Shown: positions 8,715 through 17,268, counted from the stretch's first letter. The stretch is 40,000 nt of DNA from Pseudoluteimonas lycopersici (GCF_007556775.1 NZ_CP041742.1:1315002-1355001); one strand, 5' to 3'. Notes: generated by a model from the letters alone, not told the origin. Made by a program: numbers and translations.

Positions 8715-9110
8715 TTAGATCATCGGCGCCGGAACCGACGGCATGGCCACCGGACCGGACTTCTTCACCGATTTCTTAGCTTTTTTTTTAGCAGCTTTCT
8801 TCGCAGGCTTGCGCTTGGCAGCCTTCTTCGCGGCCTTCTTCGCAGGCTTGCGCTTGGCGGCCTTCTTCGCGGCCTTCTTCGCAGGCTTGCGCTTGGCGGC
8901 CTTCTTCGCGGCCTTCTTCGCAGGCTTGCGCTTCTTGGCGACCTTCTTCGCGGCCTTCTTCGCAGGCTTGCGCTTGGCGGCCTTCTTCACCGCCTTCTTC
9001 GCGGTCTTCTTGGCGGCCTTCTTGACGGCCTTGCGGGCGGTCTTCTTCTTAGCGACCTTCTTCTTCGCCGCCTTCTTGGCGGGTTTCTTCGCAGCTTTCT
9101 TCATGGCCAT
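8715..9110 (-). CDS. Lys/Ala-rich histone H1-like DNA-binding protein (AlgP/BpH-type)
   Basis: 131 aa made almost entirely of AAKK/KPAKK repeats. GAGGAGAG Shine-Dalgarno upstream of ATG 9110. Confidence 0.8.
   Translation of the reverse strand: MAMKKAAKKPAKKAAKKKVAKKKTARKAVKKAAKKTAKKAVKKAAKRKPAKKAAKKVAKKRKPAKKAAKKAAKRKPAKKAAKKAAKRKPAKKAAKKAAKRKPAKKAAKKKAKKSVKKSGPVAMPSVPAPMI
8803..9000. repeat. Five tandem 39-bp (one 42-bp) coding repeats, unit gcaggcttgcgcttggcggccttcttcgcggccttcttc
   Basis: Units start at 8803, 8842, 8881, 8920 and 8962. Each encodes AAKRKPAKKAAKK. The repeats are in frame within the H1-like CDS. Confidence 0.9.
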
Positions 9111-9489
9111 AGGATGGCTCTCCTCGTCAGTGGACTTGCGGGTACTGCTCTAGCTGCCCAGTACTCGACAACGCCGCGGGAGTCGGACCCGCGAGCAACC
9201 GCCAGCGCGCGGAGCGCGCCGAAACGGATTCTTGGCATGCAGGCATCCGTGCCTGCACGGGCCGGCGGCCTGCGCCGCCGAAACTCGGTCTTCCAGACAT
9301 GGAATCGGCCGCTTCACCGGCGGCCGACAACGATGCAACCTGGATGTTCGCGGAAGCGTTTTTGCTTTTCTCGGGGGAGACAACGCCTGAGTCCACCTTT
9401 ATGTACGTCGGGGCGGAGTTCGCTGTTACCTGGCGCTTGGTCGTCGTTGCCGTTCTCACTCGCTTCCGCAGGAACCGTCTGCTGGGCGA

Positions 9490-9518
9490 AACCTAATCAC
9501 GGTTTTTTCCACTGTCAA
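9490..9518 (-). promoter_or_regulatory. Putative sigma-70 promoter (TTGACA-17 nt-TAGGTT) about 370 nt upstream of the H1-like gene
   Basis: Reverse strand reads gtgTTGACAgtggaaaaaaccgtgatTAGGTT. The same GTGTTGACA -35 context recurs at 17291-17299 and 18088-18096. A perfect 8-bp hairpin (9538-9558) lies just upstream. Confidence 0.3.
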
Positions 9519-9900
9519 CACTTTTGCAACACGAATGTGCCGGGGCGTTCCCGGCACGGGCGGCGACGGAACGACGGCGCTGCGTGCGCGTCGCCATCGC
9601 CGACGCGACGGCGAGCGCGTCGCGCGCGGATTCGTTCGCGAAAAAAACCTTGAAAACAGCTGCGCGTTTCGAAACGTATCGTCGTTCGCGCGAACGCGGG
9701 CGTCGCATCGATTGCGGCGGCGCGACCCGTCGATGCGGTTCGGAAGCGCGCCTGCGGACGCCGAAAAAAGTTTGCGCGGGACGCCGGATTTCGCGCCGCA
9801 ACACCCGATTTGCGCGAAATCGCGCGCCGCGCCGGCCATGGTCGACGAAGGTCGCGGTTCGCTTCCGCGCGCCGCGCGATGGCGTTTCGAACGTCGGTTG

Positions 9901-9931
9901 CAGAAACGAAACCGGCCGCTTGCGCGGCCGG
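9901..9931 (-). terminator. Rho-independent terminator of gcvH
   Basis: ccggccgc (9912-9919) / gcggccgg (9924-9931) form a perfect 8-bp stem. On the minus strand it is followed by TTTCGTTTCTG. Confidence 0.65.
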
Positions 9932-9963
9932 ATCGGAGTGCTTCGGGAAGCGACGCGAGGGCG

Positions 9964-10359
9964 TCAGTGTTCCTCCTCCTCGAGCAGTTCGGCGTAGTCG
10001 TCCGGCCCGAGGAGTTCGTTCAGCTGCTCCGGTTCCTCGGCTTCCACCACGTACAGCCAGCCGTCGCCGTAGGCGTCCTCATTGATCGTCTCCGGCTTGT
10101 CGGCGAGCGCGGAATTGACCTCCACGACCTTGCCGGTGACCGGCGCGTAGACGTCCGACGCCGCCTTCACCGACTCAACCACCGCGCTGGCGTTGCCGGC
10201 CTCGACACGGTCGCCGACGTTCGGCAACTCGACATAGACGAGATCGCCGAGCAGGCCCTGTGCATGGTCGGAGATGCCGACCGTGACCTTGCCGTCGCCT
10301 TCGACGCGCGCCCATTCGTGGGACTTGAGGAACTTGAGGTCGCCGGGGATCTCGCTCAT
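9964..10359 (-). CDS. gcvH: Glycine cleavage system H protein
   Basis: [25 protein letters not shown]...[16 protein letters not shown] contains the lipoyl-lysine motif. Confidence 0.95.
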   Translation of the reverse strand: MSEIPGDLKFLKSHEWARVEGDGKVTVGISDHAQGLLGDLVYVELPNVGDRVEAGNASAVVESVKAASDVYAPVTGKVVEVNSALADKPETINEDAYGDGWLYVVEAEEPEQLNELLGPDDYAELLEEEEH

Positions 10360-10437
10360 GAAACGCTCCGTCTGATTGCGTCGTTGGATGAAGGCCGCCC
10401 TGTGCCGCCAAGTTTAACGAAGGCCGAAGCCTTCGCG

Positions 10438-11553
10438 TCAAATACCGTCCATCGGTTTGCCGTCCCTTACGAACGGGAACTTGACCACCCGCACCGGGAT
10501 TTCCTTGCCGCGGATGTCCACGCGCACGTTCCCGGGCGCGCCGGCCGGCACGCGCGCGAACGCGATCGCCTTGCCCAGCGTCGGCGAGAACGTGCCGCTG
10601 AGGATCTCGCCAATCCCGTTGTCGGTGAGCACCTTCTGGCCGTGGCGCAGCACGCCCTTCTCGTCCATGACGATGCCGATCATCTGCCGCGGCGCGCCGT
10701 CGGCGTGCTGGCGTTCGAGCACGTTGCGGCCGATGAAGTCGCGCGGCTGTCCATCGGCATTCCCGTCCAGCGCGACGGTCCAGCCGAGCGCCGCTTCGTA
10801 GGGCGACACGGTTTCGTCCATGTCCTGGCCGTAGAGGTTCATGCCGGCCTCGAGGCGCAGGGTGTCGCGCGCTCCGAGCCCGGCCGGTTTCACGCCGGCG
10901 GCGAGCAGCGCGTTCCAGAACGCGACGGCCTGCGCCTCGGGCACGACCACCTCGAACCCGTCCTCGCCGGTGTAGCCGGTGCGGGCGACGAACACGACGA
11001 TGCCGTCCGTCGTCCTGGCTTCGCGGGCGCTGAAGCGGACCAGCTTGGCCACCGGCGCACGGTCTTCCTCGCGCAGCAGGCCGATCACCTTGTCGCGCGC
11101 GTTCGGCCCCTGCACCGCGACCATGCCGAATTCGGGACGTTCCTTCACTTCGACATCGAAGGCCTTGGCCTGTCCGGTGATCCATGCCAGGTCCTTGTCG
11201 CGGGTCGCGGCGTTCACCACCAGCCGGAACCAGTCCTCGGACATGAAATAGACGATGAGGTCGTCGATCACCCCGCCCTGCGCATTGAGCATGGTGGTGT
11301 ACAGCGCCTTGCCCGGCTTCTGCAGCTTGTCGACCGAGTTGGCGACGAGGTGGCGCAGGAACTCGCGCACGCGCGCGCCGTTCAGGTCGACCACGGTCAT
11401 GTGGCTGACATCGAACATGCCGGCGTCGCGGCGCACCTGGTGGTGTTCCTCGAGTTGCGAGCCGTAGTGGATCGGCATGTCCCAGCCGCCGAAGTCCACC
11501 ATCTTGGCGCCGAGCGCGCGGTGGGTGGCGTTGAGGACGGTCTGCTGGGTCAT
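10438..11553 (-). CDS. gcvT: Glycine cleavage system aminomethyltransferase T
   Basis: Start [37 protein letters not shown] from ATG at 11553. The track ORF extension to 11703 overlaps the upstream gene. Confidence 0.95.
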   Translation of the reverse strand: MTQQTVLNATHRALGAKMVDFGGWDMPIHYGSQLEEHHQVRRDAGMFDVSHMTVVDLNGARVREFLRHLVANSVDKLQKPGKALYTTMLNAQGGVIDDLIVYFMSEDWFRLVVNAATRDKDLAWITGQAKAFDVEVKERPEFGMVAVQGPNARDKVIGLLREEDRAPVAKLVRFSAREARTTDGIVVFVARTGYTGEDGFEVVVPEAQAVAFWNALLAAGVKPAGLGARDTLRLEAGMNLYGQDMDETVSPYEAALGWTVALDGNADGQPRDFIGRNVLERQHADGAPRQMIGIVMDEKGVLRHGQKVLTDNGIGEILSGTFSPTLGKAIAFARVPAGAPGNVRVDIRGKEIPVRVVKFPFVRDGKPMDGI

Positions 11554-11591
11554 GGCGGTTTCCGCTGCGGGGAAACCGTGATTATCGCGGA

Positions 11592-12137
11592 TCAGCCGTC
11601 GTAGCCGAAGCCTTCGTTGCGGCAACGCACGCCGGCCGGATCGATGGCCGTGAAGCGCCCGTCCCCGCCGAGCCGCCACAGGCCACTGAAGCTGGCGAAC
11701 CACTCGATGTCGGGGCCGGGCACCAGCGCGGCGACAATGCGCGGATCGTCGGCACCGCCCTGCTGGCAGGTGCCGACTGCGACTTCGACCTTCGCGTCGT
11801 ACAGCACGTCGGGTTCGATCGCGTCGGTGACCTGTTGCAGCGGCTTGTCGCCACCGACCGGCGATCCGTCGGGATGGTGCAGCTCGCGGGTGGCGAGCAG
11901 CGTGCGCACGTGGCTCTGCTCGTCGCGCAGGACGTGGATCGAGATCGCGCAGATCTCGTCGCCGGACGTGCCGGGGCCGACGCAGGTACCGGAGAGCTCA
12001 TGCACGCCGGAGGGATATGGCGGGACGACGGTGCCAACCCACTTGTCCTCGTGCTGCAGTTCCTGCGCGCAGGCGTTGCCAAGCACGGACACGCTCGCAA
12101 ACGCGGCCGCGAGCAAGATCGCGGCGCGAGCGGTCAC
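11592..12137 (-). CDS. Secreted hypothetical protein (signal peptide, 6 Cys)
   Basis: GTG start overlaps the ybbJ stop as GTGA. N-terminus [22 protein letters not shown] is signal-like. I recognise no family. Confidence 0.6.
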   Translation of the reverse strand: MTARAAILLAAAFASVSVLGNACAQELQHEDKWVGTVVPPYPSGVHELSGTCVGPGTSGDEICAISIHVLRDEQSHVRTLLATRELHHPDGSPVGGDKPLQQVTDAIEPDVLYDAKVEVAVGTCQQGGADDPRIVAALVPGPDIEWFASFSGLWRLGGDGRFTAIDPAGVRCRNEGFGYDG

Positions 12138-12565
12138 GCCGCCTCAACCCTCAGCGTCATCCCGTCCGCACCGGTGACGCGCACCTGCGCACCAGCCGGC
12201 AACTGCGGGCCGGTCACTTCCCAGAAGGCGTCGGCGATCTGCACGCGCCCATAGCCGTCGACGATGGCGCGTTCCAGCGGCACCACCCGCCCGACCAGCG
12301 CGGCGGTGCGGCGGTTCAGCGCCGGCTGGTCGCTCGGCTTCTCGCGCTTGCGGAACCAGCGGCGGTAGACCTGGATCGAGACGAAGCTGAGCACGACGAA
12401 GATCGCCGCCTGCGCCAGCACCGGGATGCCCGAGAACAGCAACACGATGGCGAACACCACGACCGCGGCGAACCCGAGCCATAGCATGAAGGCGCCCGGC
12501 GCCATCGCCTCCGCGGCGAACAGCAGCAGCGCGATCGCCGCCCACGCGAACACGTCCCAGCGCAT
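12134..12565 (-). CDS. ybbJ: NfeD-family membrane protein (YbbJ-like)
   Basis: Three N-terminal TM helices plus a C-terminal OB-like segment (GRVVPLERAIVDGYGRVQIADAFWEV). It follows the SPFH gene by 3 nt. Confidence 0.85.
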   Translation of the reverse strand: MRWDVFAWAAIALLLFAAEAMAPGAFMLWLGFAAVVVFAIVLLFSGIPVLAQAAIFVVLSFVSIQVYRRWFRKREKPSDQPALNRRTAALVGRVVPLERAIVDGYGRVQIADAFWEVTGPQLPAGAQVRVTGADGMTLRVEAA

Positions 12566-12568
12566 CGA

Positions 12569-13489
12569 TCAGCCCCCCGCCTTCTTGCCGAGCGTCTCCT
12601 TGGTCAACTCGGCGATGCCGGCCAGCGAGCCGATCACGCCGGCCGATTCCATCGGCATCATCACGAACTTCTGGTTCGGCGCCTCGGCCAGCGACTTGAA
12701 CGCCTCGATGTACTTCTGCGCGACGAAGTAGTTGATCGCCTGCACGTTGCCGGAGGAAATCGCATCCGACACCAACTGCGTCGCCTTGGCTTCGGCCTCG
12801 GCCTGGCGTTCGCGCGCCTCGGCGGCGCGGAAGGCGGCTTCGCGGTTGCCCTCGGCCTCGAGGATCACCGACTGCTTCTCGCCCTCGGCCTTGAGGATCG
12901 CAGCCTGGCGGAAACCCTCGGCTTCGAGGATGTTGGCGCGCTTCTCGCGTTCGGCCTTCATCTGCCGGGCCATGGATTCGACCAGGTCGCGCGGCGGCGC
13001 GATGTCCTTGAGTTCGATGCGGTTGACCTTGATGCCCCACGGATGGGTGGCCTGGTCGACCGCGACCAGCACCTTGGCGTTGATCTCGTCGCGCTTGGAC
13101 AGCGATTCGTCCAGGTCCATGGAACCGATCGCGGTACGGATGTTGGTCATCACCAGGTTGAGGATGGCGACTTCCAGCGTGGCAACCTCGTAGGCGGCCT
13201 TGGCCGCGTCCAGCACCTGGAAGAACACGATGCCGTCGACCTTGACCACGGCGTTGTCCTTGGTGATGACGTCCTGCGACGGCACCTCCAGCACCTGCTC
13301 CATCATGTTCACCTTGCGCCCGACACCGTAGACGATCGGGAACAGGAAGTGCAGGCCCGGGGTCAGGGTCTGTGTGTACTTGCCGAAGCGCTCCACCGTC
13401 CATTCGTAGCCCTGCGGCACCATGCGCACGGTCTTGAACAGGATCACGATGCCGGCGAACACCAGCACCAGCGCGAGTATCGAACCCAT
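12569..13489 (-). CDS. qmcA: SPFH/band-7 (stomatin-like) protein QmcA
   Basis: Colinear with E. coli QmcA as I recall it: VPQGYEWTVERFGKYT...NMMEQVLEVPSQDVITKDNA...NYFVAQKY. Confidence 0.93.
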   Translation of the reverse strand: MGSILALVLVFAGIVILFKTVRMVPQGYEWTVERFGKYTQTLTPGLHFLFPIVYGVGRKVNMMEQVLEVPSQDVITKDNAVVKVDGIVFFQVLDAAKAAYEVATLEVAILNLVMTNIRTAIGSMDLDESLSKRDEINAKVLVAVDQATHPWGIKVNRIELKDIAPPRDLVESMARQMKAEREKRANILEAEGFRQAAILKAEGEKQSVILEAEGNREAAFRAAEARERQAEAEAKATQLVSDAISSGNVQAINYFVAQKYIEAFKSLAEAPNQKFVMMPMESAGVIGSLAGIAELTKETLGKKAGG

Positions 13490-13593
13490 GGAACGCCCTC
13501 CCCTGAGAATGACCCGAGTATAGGCGTGGCCCTCGGCGGACGATATTGCAACGCCTGCGACGCTTTCGCCCCCTACCGCATCCGGATAGAGGA

Positions 13594-14172
13594 ATGCCCG
13601 CCGCCTCGAGCTTCGCCATCGACGTCCCCGACCGCCTGCTGCGCCGCGCGCGCGAGGGCGAACGGGCGGCGCTGGAACAGTTGTGCCGCTGGTTCGAACG
13701 GCCGGTGTTCACCCTCGCGTTGCGCCTGACCGGCGACCGCGACGAGGCCCAGGACGTGCTGCAGGAGACGATGTTGAAGGCGATCGCCAAGCTCGGCGAA
13801 TTCCGCGGCGACGCCCCGTTCTGGGGCTGGCTGCGGCAGATCGCGGTGAACGAAGCGCTGATGCAGTTGCGCCGGCGCCGGCGGCTGGACGAAAGCCTCG
13901 ACGACGATGGTTTCGAACCCGTCGACGCATCGCCACCGCCTTCCGCCGCGGCCGATGCCGCCGCGTTGTGGCGCGCGCTGGAAAAGCTGCCGGCGGCGAC
14001 CCGCGCGGTGCTGTGGCTGTACCACGCCGAAGGCCATACCCACGAGGAAATCGCGGGGCTGATGCAGCGTACGCCGAGTTTCTCCAAGTCCCAGCTCGCG
14101 CGCGGCGGACGCCGCTTGCGCGCCTTGCTGGAACCGCAATCAGAACATGCAACGGAGGTGCAGCATGCGTGA
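13594..14172 (+). CDS. ECF sigma factor
   Basis: ATG at 13594 follows GGATAGAGGA. Region 2 is DEAQDVLQETMLKA...WLRQIAVNEAL and region 4 is AVLWLYHAEGHTHEEIAGLM. Confidence 0.85.
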   Translation: MPAASSFAIDVPDRLLRRAREGERAALEQLCRWFERPVFTLALRLTGDRDEAQDVLQETMLKAIAKLGEFRGDAPFWGWLRQIAVNEALMQLRRRRRLDESLDDDGFEPVDASPPPSAAADAAALWRALEKLPAATRAVLWLYHAEGHTHEEIAGLMQRTPSFSKSQLARGGRRLRALLEPQSEHATEVQHA

Positions 14173-14935
14173 ACCGCACGCACGCGACCACGAACCGCGC
14201 GACTGGAGCGAAGCCTTCGCCGCGCTGCCACCGGAAACGCCGCCGGCCGATGCGATGGCGCGCGTGTTCGCGCAATTTCCGGCATCGACGCCGGCACGAC
14301 CTGGCCGGCAGTGGTGGGTCGCCGTGGCGGCGGTGCTGGCGCTGGCGGCAGTGGTTCCGATAGCGATGAATGTTGTTCGTCACCCCGGCGCAAGCCGGGG
14401 CCCAGCGTCTTTGGCTGTTTCTCCACAGCCGACGACGGCTGTCCCTTCACGGAAATCGACTCCGGTTGTTCCTTCTCCAGCACGTACTGAAGTCGCATCG
14501 GATCAAAAAACACTGGGTCCCGGCTTGCGCCGGGATGACGAGCAAAAGCATTCGACGCCGGTTCGCATCGCGAAAGCGGACACGCCGCATCGCAAACCGC
14601 ATCGCACGCGCAAGCCTTCGCCGGCGAGCGAACCGGCCGACAAGCTGATGGAACCGCTGTACGCCGAATCCGCGCGGCTGGAGGCACTGCTCGCACTGGC
14701 CCGCGATGACCGCGTCGCGTCGGCGACGGCGGTGGCGCTGGGCAGCAATTTCGAAGCGCGGCTGTCCGGTATCGACGCCGCGCTGGCGCAGCCTTCGCTC
14801 GACGCGCAACGCCGGCTTTCGCTGTGGCGCGACCGCGTGTCCGCGTTGCGCGCCTACGCCAGTTTCGAAAGCACCCAGCGCGCGCTGGCCGCCAGCGGCG
14901 AACGCTACGACGCGATGCTCGTGAGCATCGATTGA
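14165..14935 (+). CDS. Single-pass anti-sigma factor carrying an embedded REPIN-like insert
   Basis: The ATG overlaps the sigma stop (ATGCGTGA). One TM helix (WWVAVAAVLALAAVVPIAM). The C-terminal domain (LYAESARLEALLALARDDRVAS...SFESTQRALAASGERYD) is typical of anti-sigmas that pair with this ECF type. Confidence 0.7.
   Translation: MREPHARDHEPRDWSEAFAALPPETPPADAMARVFAQFPASTPARPGRQWWVAVAAVLALAAVVPIAMNVVRHPGASRGPASLAVSPQPTTAVPSRKSTPVVPSPARTEVASDQKTLGPGLRRDDEQKHSTPVRIAKADTPHRKPHRTRKPSPASEPADKLMEPLYAESARLEALLALARDDRVASATAVALGSNFEARLSGIDAALAQPSLDAQRRLSLWRDRVSALRAYASFESTQRALAASGERYDAMLVSID
14371..14551. mobile_element. REPIN/MITE-like inverted REP doublet (~180 bp) inside the anti-sigma CDS
   Basis: Left arm 14373-14414: ttgttcgtcaccccggcgcaagccggggcccagcgtctttgg. 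The reverse complement of the right arm (14505-14550) is tgcttttgctcgtcatcccggcgcaagccgggacccagtgtttttt. Same family as 4198/4570 and 35187/35244. Confidence 0.6.
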
Positions 14936-14958
14936 TTCCTCCCATCCGCGAGAACGCC

Positions 14959-16293
14959 ATGAAACGAACCGTGAAACGCCTTGCCCTCGCCTGCGCCGCC
15001 GGCCTCGCCCTGGCCGGCGTCGCCGCCGCGCAATCCGATGCACCGACGCCGGCGCAGCAGAAGGAACTCGACGCCGCGCGCGCCGACCTCGACCGCGCCG
15101 CGAAACATTTCGCCGAACTGACGCGCAAATACAACGCACCCGGCGCGGCGCCGATGATCATGACTTACGAGAAACAGATGGTGCGCAAGCCCGTGCTCGG
15201 CGTGCTACTCGCGCCCGATCCACAGGCCGGCGTGCGCATTGCCGGTGTCACGCCCGCAAGCGGAGCCGCGGAGGCGGGGCTGAAAAGCGGCGATCGCCTG
15301 GTGTCGTTGGATGGACTCGCGGTCATCGGCGCCGACGACGGAGCGCGCCTCGCCGACGTGCGCAAGAAGCTGGCGAAACTCGACACCAAGACGCCGGTGC
15401 GCGTCGGTTACGTGCGCGATGGTCGCGAAACGACGGTATCCGTAACGCCGCATGTTGCCGACCGTCTATTCGTATTGAACGACTCGGGCGAACCAGCAGT
15501 TTTCTCGGGCAACGTGACCATCCAGGAAGGCGCCGACGGCGACTTCGCAGGGGCTACTGCAGATCGCCTCGAAGTCGACATGCCGCCCGGCATCGCCCCG
15601 GAAATCCACCGCGAAGTGATCCGCCTCGGCGATGGCGAAGCCCCGTTGGCACTCGGCGATTCGCGCTTGTTGAAGGGCGCGATGTTCGTTCCCGACTGCA
15701 AGGGCAAGACGCCGTGTGCGCAGCCGATGCTGCTGATGGACGCGTTCCGCTGGAACGGCCTCAACCTCGCCTCGCTGGATTCCAGCCTCGGGAAATATTT
15801 CGGCACGGACAAGGGCGTGCTGGTGCTGAGCGCGGGCTCGCAATTGCCCGGGCTGCAGGCCGGCGACGTCATCCGCAGCATCGACGGCAAGCCGGTCTCG
15901 ACCCCGCGCGAGGCGATGGACGCGTTGCGTTCGCACCAGGCCGGCGACAAGGCTTCGCTGGCGCTGCTGCGCGACCATCGCGACACCAGCGCACAGGTCA
16001 CGGTACCGAAGGCGATGCCGTTGCCGATTCCGCCGGCACCACCCGCGCCTCCTGCACCGCCTGCGCCGCCCGGCGTCGGTGCGATACCCGCGCCGCCGGC
16101 CGCGCCCGACGCGCCGCGCGTGGTCGAACGCCACCACGTCGTGGTGGTCGACGACAACGGCAAGACCATGGAATGGGACGACGATGGCAACGTTCCGCCG
16201 CCGCCCGCTCCGCCCGCGCCCCCGGCGGCGGATCTTCCGGCACCGCCGGCACCTCCCGCACCACCCGCGCCGCCGCCTCCGCCCGAAGGCTGA
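14959..16293 (+). CDS. Secreted double-PDZ protein with proline-rich C-terminal repeats
   Basis: ATG at 14959 with signal peptide MKRTVKRLALACAAGLALAGVAAA. Two PDZ-like segments (GVRIAGVTPASGAAEAGLKSGDRLVSLDG; LPGLQAGDVIRSIDGKPV). PPAPPAPPAPPAPP tracts. No protease motif seen. Confidence 0.8.
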   Translation: MKRTVKRLALACAAGLALAGVAAAQSDAPTPAQQKELDAARADLDRAAKHFAELTRKYNAPGAAPMIMTYEKQMVRKPVLGVLLAPDPQAGVRIAGVTPASGAAEAGLKSGDRLVSLDGLAVIGADDGARLADVRKKLAKLDTKTPVRVGYVRDGRETTVSVTPHVADRLFVLNDSGEPAVFSGNVTIQEGADGDFAGATADRLEVDMPPGIAPEIHREVIRLGDGEAPLALGDSRLLKGAMFVPDCKGKTPCAQPMLLMDAFRWNGLNLASLDSSLGKYFGTDKGVLVLSAGSQLPGLQAGDVIRSIDGKPVSTPREAMDALRSHQAGDKASLALLRDHRDTSAQVTVPKAMPLPIPPAPPAPPAPPAPPGVGAIPAPPAAPDAPRVVERHHVVVVDDNGKTMEWDDDGNVPPPPAPPAPPAADLPAPPAPPAPPAPPPPPEG

Positions 16294-16311
16294 CGGCCGG
16301 GCTTCGCCACG

Positions 16312-16345
16312 AAAAACGCCCCGCACCGCGGGGCGTTTTCGTTTC
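16312..16345. terminator. Bidirectional rho-independent terminator
   Basis: aaaacgccccg (16313-16323) / cggggcgtttt (16329-16339) form an 11-bp stem. A-run before it and T-run (ttttcgtttcg) after it. It sits between convergent genes. Confidence 0.8.
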
Positions 16346-16368
16346 GATGCATCGTCCCGGCGCGGCGA

Positions 16369-16932
16369 TCAGCAACCGGGCGGAATCGGTCGTGGGTGCG
16401 CTTCGCCCAGCGCATCGTCGATGACGCCTTCGTCGCGGGCGATGCGCCGTGCGACGGCGAGGCCGAGCTCCGACAGCGTCGGCACGCTCGCGGCCAGCGC
16501 GATGCCGGACGCGAAGGACGACAACGCGTGCAGGCGCAACGCGTTCGCTCGCCAGTGGCCGCCGTTCAAGCGGTTGGCGAGGCGCGACAGCAGGCGTTCG
16601 GCGATGCCCGCATGGCCGCGCTCCGGCCGCAGCGGGAGCCGCGACGACAATTCTTCCCAGGCGAGGAAATCGCTGTCGGGCAGCAGGTACAGGCGCCAGC
16701 AGCAATGGCCGTCGCGGTCGAGGAAGGAAATCGATTCGCGCAAACCATCGCTGTCGCAATCGCAGGCGACCTCGGCGCGCACGGCCGGCGACCAACCCGC
16801 GAGCGGATGGCCGAAGCGCGCGCGCGACAGGCACAGCACCGCGCCGAGTGCGGCCAGTTGCCGCGGTTCCGGCAGGGCCGGCGCCGGTGCGGTCGTCGGC
16901 GATCCGGCGATGGACAACGCATTCGGACGCAT
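16369..16932 (-). CDS. Cys-rich hypothetical protein, possibly HemS/ChuX-like heme-utilisation domain
   Basis: ATG at 16932, downstream of hemP on the same strand. GAVLCLSRARFGHPLAGW and SISFLDRDGHCCWRLYLLPDSD resemble HemS/ChuX-domain patterns from memory. Competing ORFs exist in other frames. Confidence 0.4.
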   Translation of the reverse strand: MRPNALSIAGSPTTAPAPALPEPRQLAALGAVLCLSRARFGHPLAGWSPAVRAEVACDCDSDGLRESISFLDRDGHCCWRLYLLPDSDFLAWEELSSRLPLRPERGHAGIAERLLSRLANRLNGGHWRANALRLHALSSFASGIALAASVPTLSELGLAVARRIARDEGVIDDALGEAHPRPIPPGC

Positions 16933-17039
16933 GCGGTGCTCGACGAAGGAATGTCGGCGGCTTGCGTCCGGCGATGCCGGGGCTGGCGGGCCTGGAGAGA
17001 GAGGTGAAGCCGTCGCCGCGCGAGCGCGGACGGCGGGGA

Positions 17040-17240
17040 TTACTTGGTGAGGATCAGTTTGTCGTTGCGCGTATGTCGCAGGCGGTAGCACTCGTCGCCG
17101 TGGCGGATCACGACTTCGCGTTGCCCATCGAGCAGGCGCGCGCTGTCGATTTCGACGGTCTGCGGCGCGTGGCGCGCAGGCGCCCGTGTGGAGATGGCGG
17201 ACACGGGAAGTAGTTCGGCCGGGACGGCGTGGGCGTGCAT
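17040..17240 (-). CDS. hemP: Hemin uptake protein HemP
   Basis: 66 aa ending IDSARLLDGQREVVIRHGDECYRLRHTRNDKLILTK, the HemP signature. ATG at 17240. Confidence 0.8.
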   Translation of the reverse strand: MHAHAVPAELLPVSAISTRAPARHAPQTVEIDSARLLDGQREVVIRHGDECYRLRHTRNDKLILTK

Positions 17241-17268
17241 CGATCGCGAGCTCCAATGGACGCGATTG

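Noticed and set aside
8803-9000. Regular 39-bp repeats that could be mistaken for a CRISPR array.
   Set aside because: There are no unique spacers. The units are contiguous, in frame and coding.
8743-9153. Plus-strand 136-aa ORF with FFAAFFAGLRLAA repeats.
   Set aside because: It is the complement of the Lys/Ala codon repeats of the H1-like gene (AAG/GCC versus CTT/GGC). It has no independent start signal.
9127-9459. 110-aa minus-strand ORF (GTG start) ending just before the H1-like gene's Shine-Dalgarno.
   Set aside because: Its third-position GC is clearly lower than in neighbouring genes. Its second half is Arg-rich, with hairpins running through it. It has no recognisable family. I treat it as part of a non-coding leader, though a small protein cannot be excluded.
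11554-11591. An expected glycine riboswitch upstream of gcvT.
   Set aside because: Only 38 nt separate gcvT from the upstream gene, which is too short for the aptamer. gcvT appears to be co-transcribed with, or read through from, the upstream genes.
12144-15161. Very long ORFs on the opposite strand or off-frame relative to recognisable genes: 12144..15161 (1005 aa), 6491..8653, 22612..24318, 24843..26633, 26634..28079, 32198..33616 and 33643..35172.
   Set aside because: Their Arg/Ala/Gly/Pro-rich, low-complexity translations have no motifs. Each one mirrors a gene with a clear family signature. This is typical of open antisense frames in ~70% GC DNA.
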